Origin: Candidatus Methanophagales archaeon
Lineage (GTDB): Archaea > Halobacteriota > Syntropharchaeia > Alkanophagales > Methanospirareceae
Direction of reading: 5' to 3'
DNA: 34,086 nucleotides
Assembly (NCBI GenBank): GCA_029241965.1
Contig: JAPWVK010000159.1
Location: forward strand, 1-34,086
Numbering within the stretch: the first letter of the stretch is position 1; every line of letters begins with the position of its first letter. The position numbers and the translations under genes are program-made. Positions 33,995-34,086 of this stretch are shown piece by piece. Under the pieces are notes generated by a model. That model ran no database searches, had not been told where the DNA came from, and saw only the letters and a program-made list of their open reading frames with translations.

Positions 33995-34086
33995 CTAAAC
34001 AAACATTAAACATCTATTGAGCCTCTGGAAGCAGACCTATCCTATCCCCATTAATAAATCAATTTACTATTTTTATCCCTTTTTCA

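Overview
This 34-kb window looks like an archaeal (euryarchaeal) chromosomal segment; the organism is inferred from gene content only. Supporting signals are archaeal-type TyrRS, an AglB/STT3 oligosaccharyltransferase, gyrase B, a tRNA-Ala with G3:U70, cohesin/dockerin modules and many NxS/T sequon-rich secreted proteins, consistent with a Methanosarcinales/ANME/Archaeoglobi-like genome. Housekeeping genes: gyrB, tyrS, coaBC, tRNA-Leu(CAG), tRNA-Ala(GGC). An N-glycosylation theme runs through the window: short-type AglB, a flippase-like membrane protein, a Gfo/Idh/MocA oxidoreductase and a MATE/MOP transporter. A large cell-surface block (16.9-32.4 kb) holds three tandem cohesin-domain genes, a dockerin-domain gene, two retropepsin-like genes, paralogous secreted-domain genes with C-terminal TM/basic anchors, and a 2220-aa giant surface glycoprotein. 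The main finding is inside the giant gene and again in a truncated paralog immediately downstream of it. There are three copies of a ~1.1-kb intein-like (Hint) in-frame insertion. In each, the central region that normally encodes a homing endonuclease is instead occupied, on the opposite strand, by a small antitoxin-like ORF translationally coupled to a PIN-domain toxin. One of the three PIN genes carries an in-frame stop. Other points: a tandem pair of structured RNA elements with compensatory base changes upstream of a small basic ORF; a four-copy ~150-bp interspersed intergenic repeat family; a conserved palindromic TATA-like promoter motif in three places; ~440-bp direct repeats 998 bp apart that mark domain shuffling between surface-protein genes; and an operon pairing an SPFH-like membrane protein with a PA-IL/LecA-like lectin-domain protein. 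No CRISPR array, rRNA or classical IS/transposase was seen. All calls rest on motif recognition by eye; no database search was possible.
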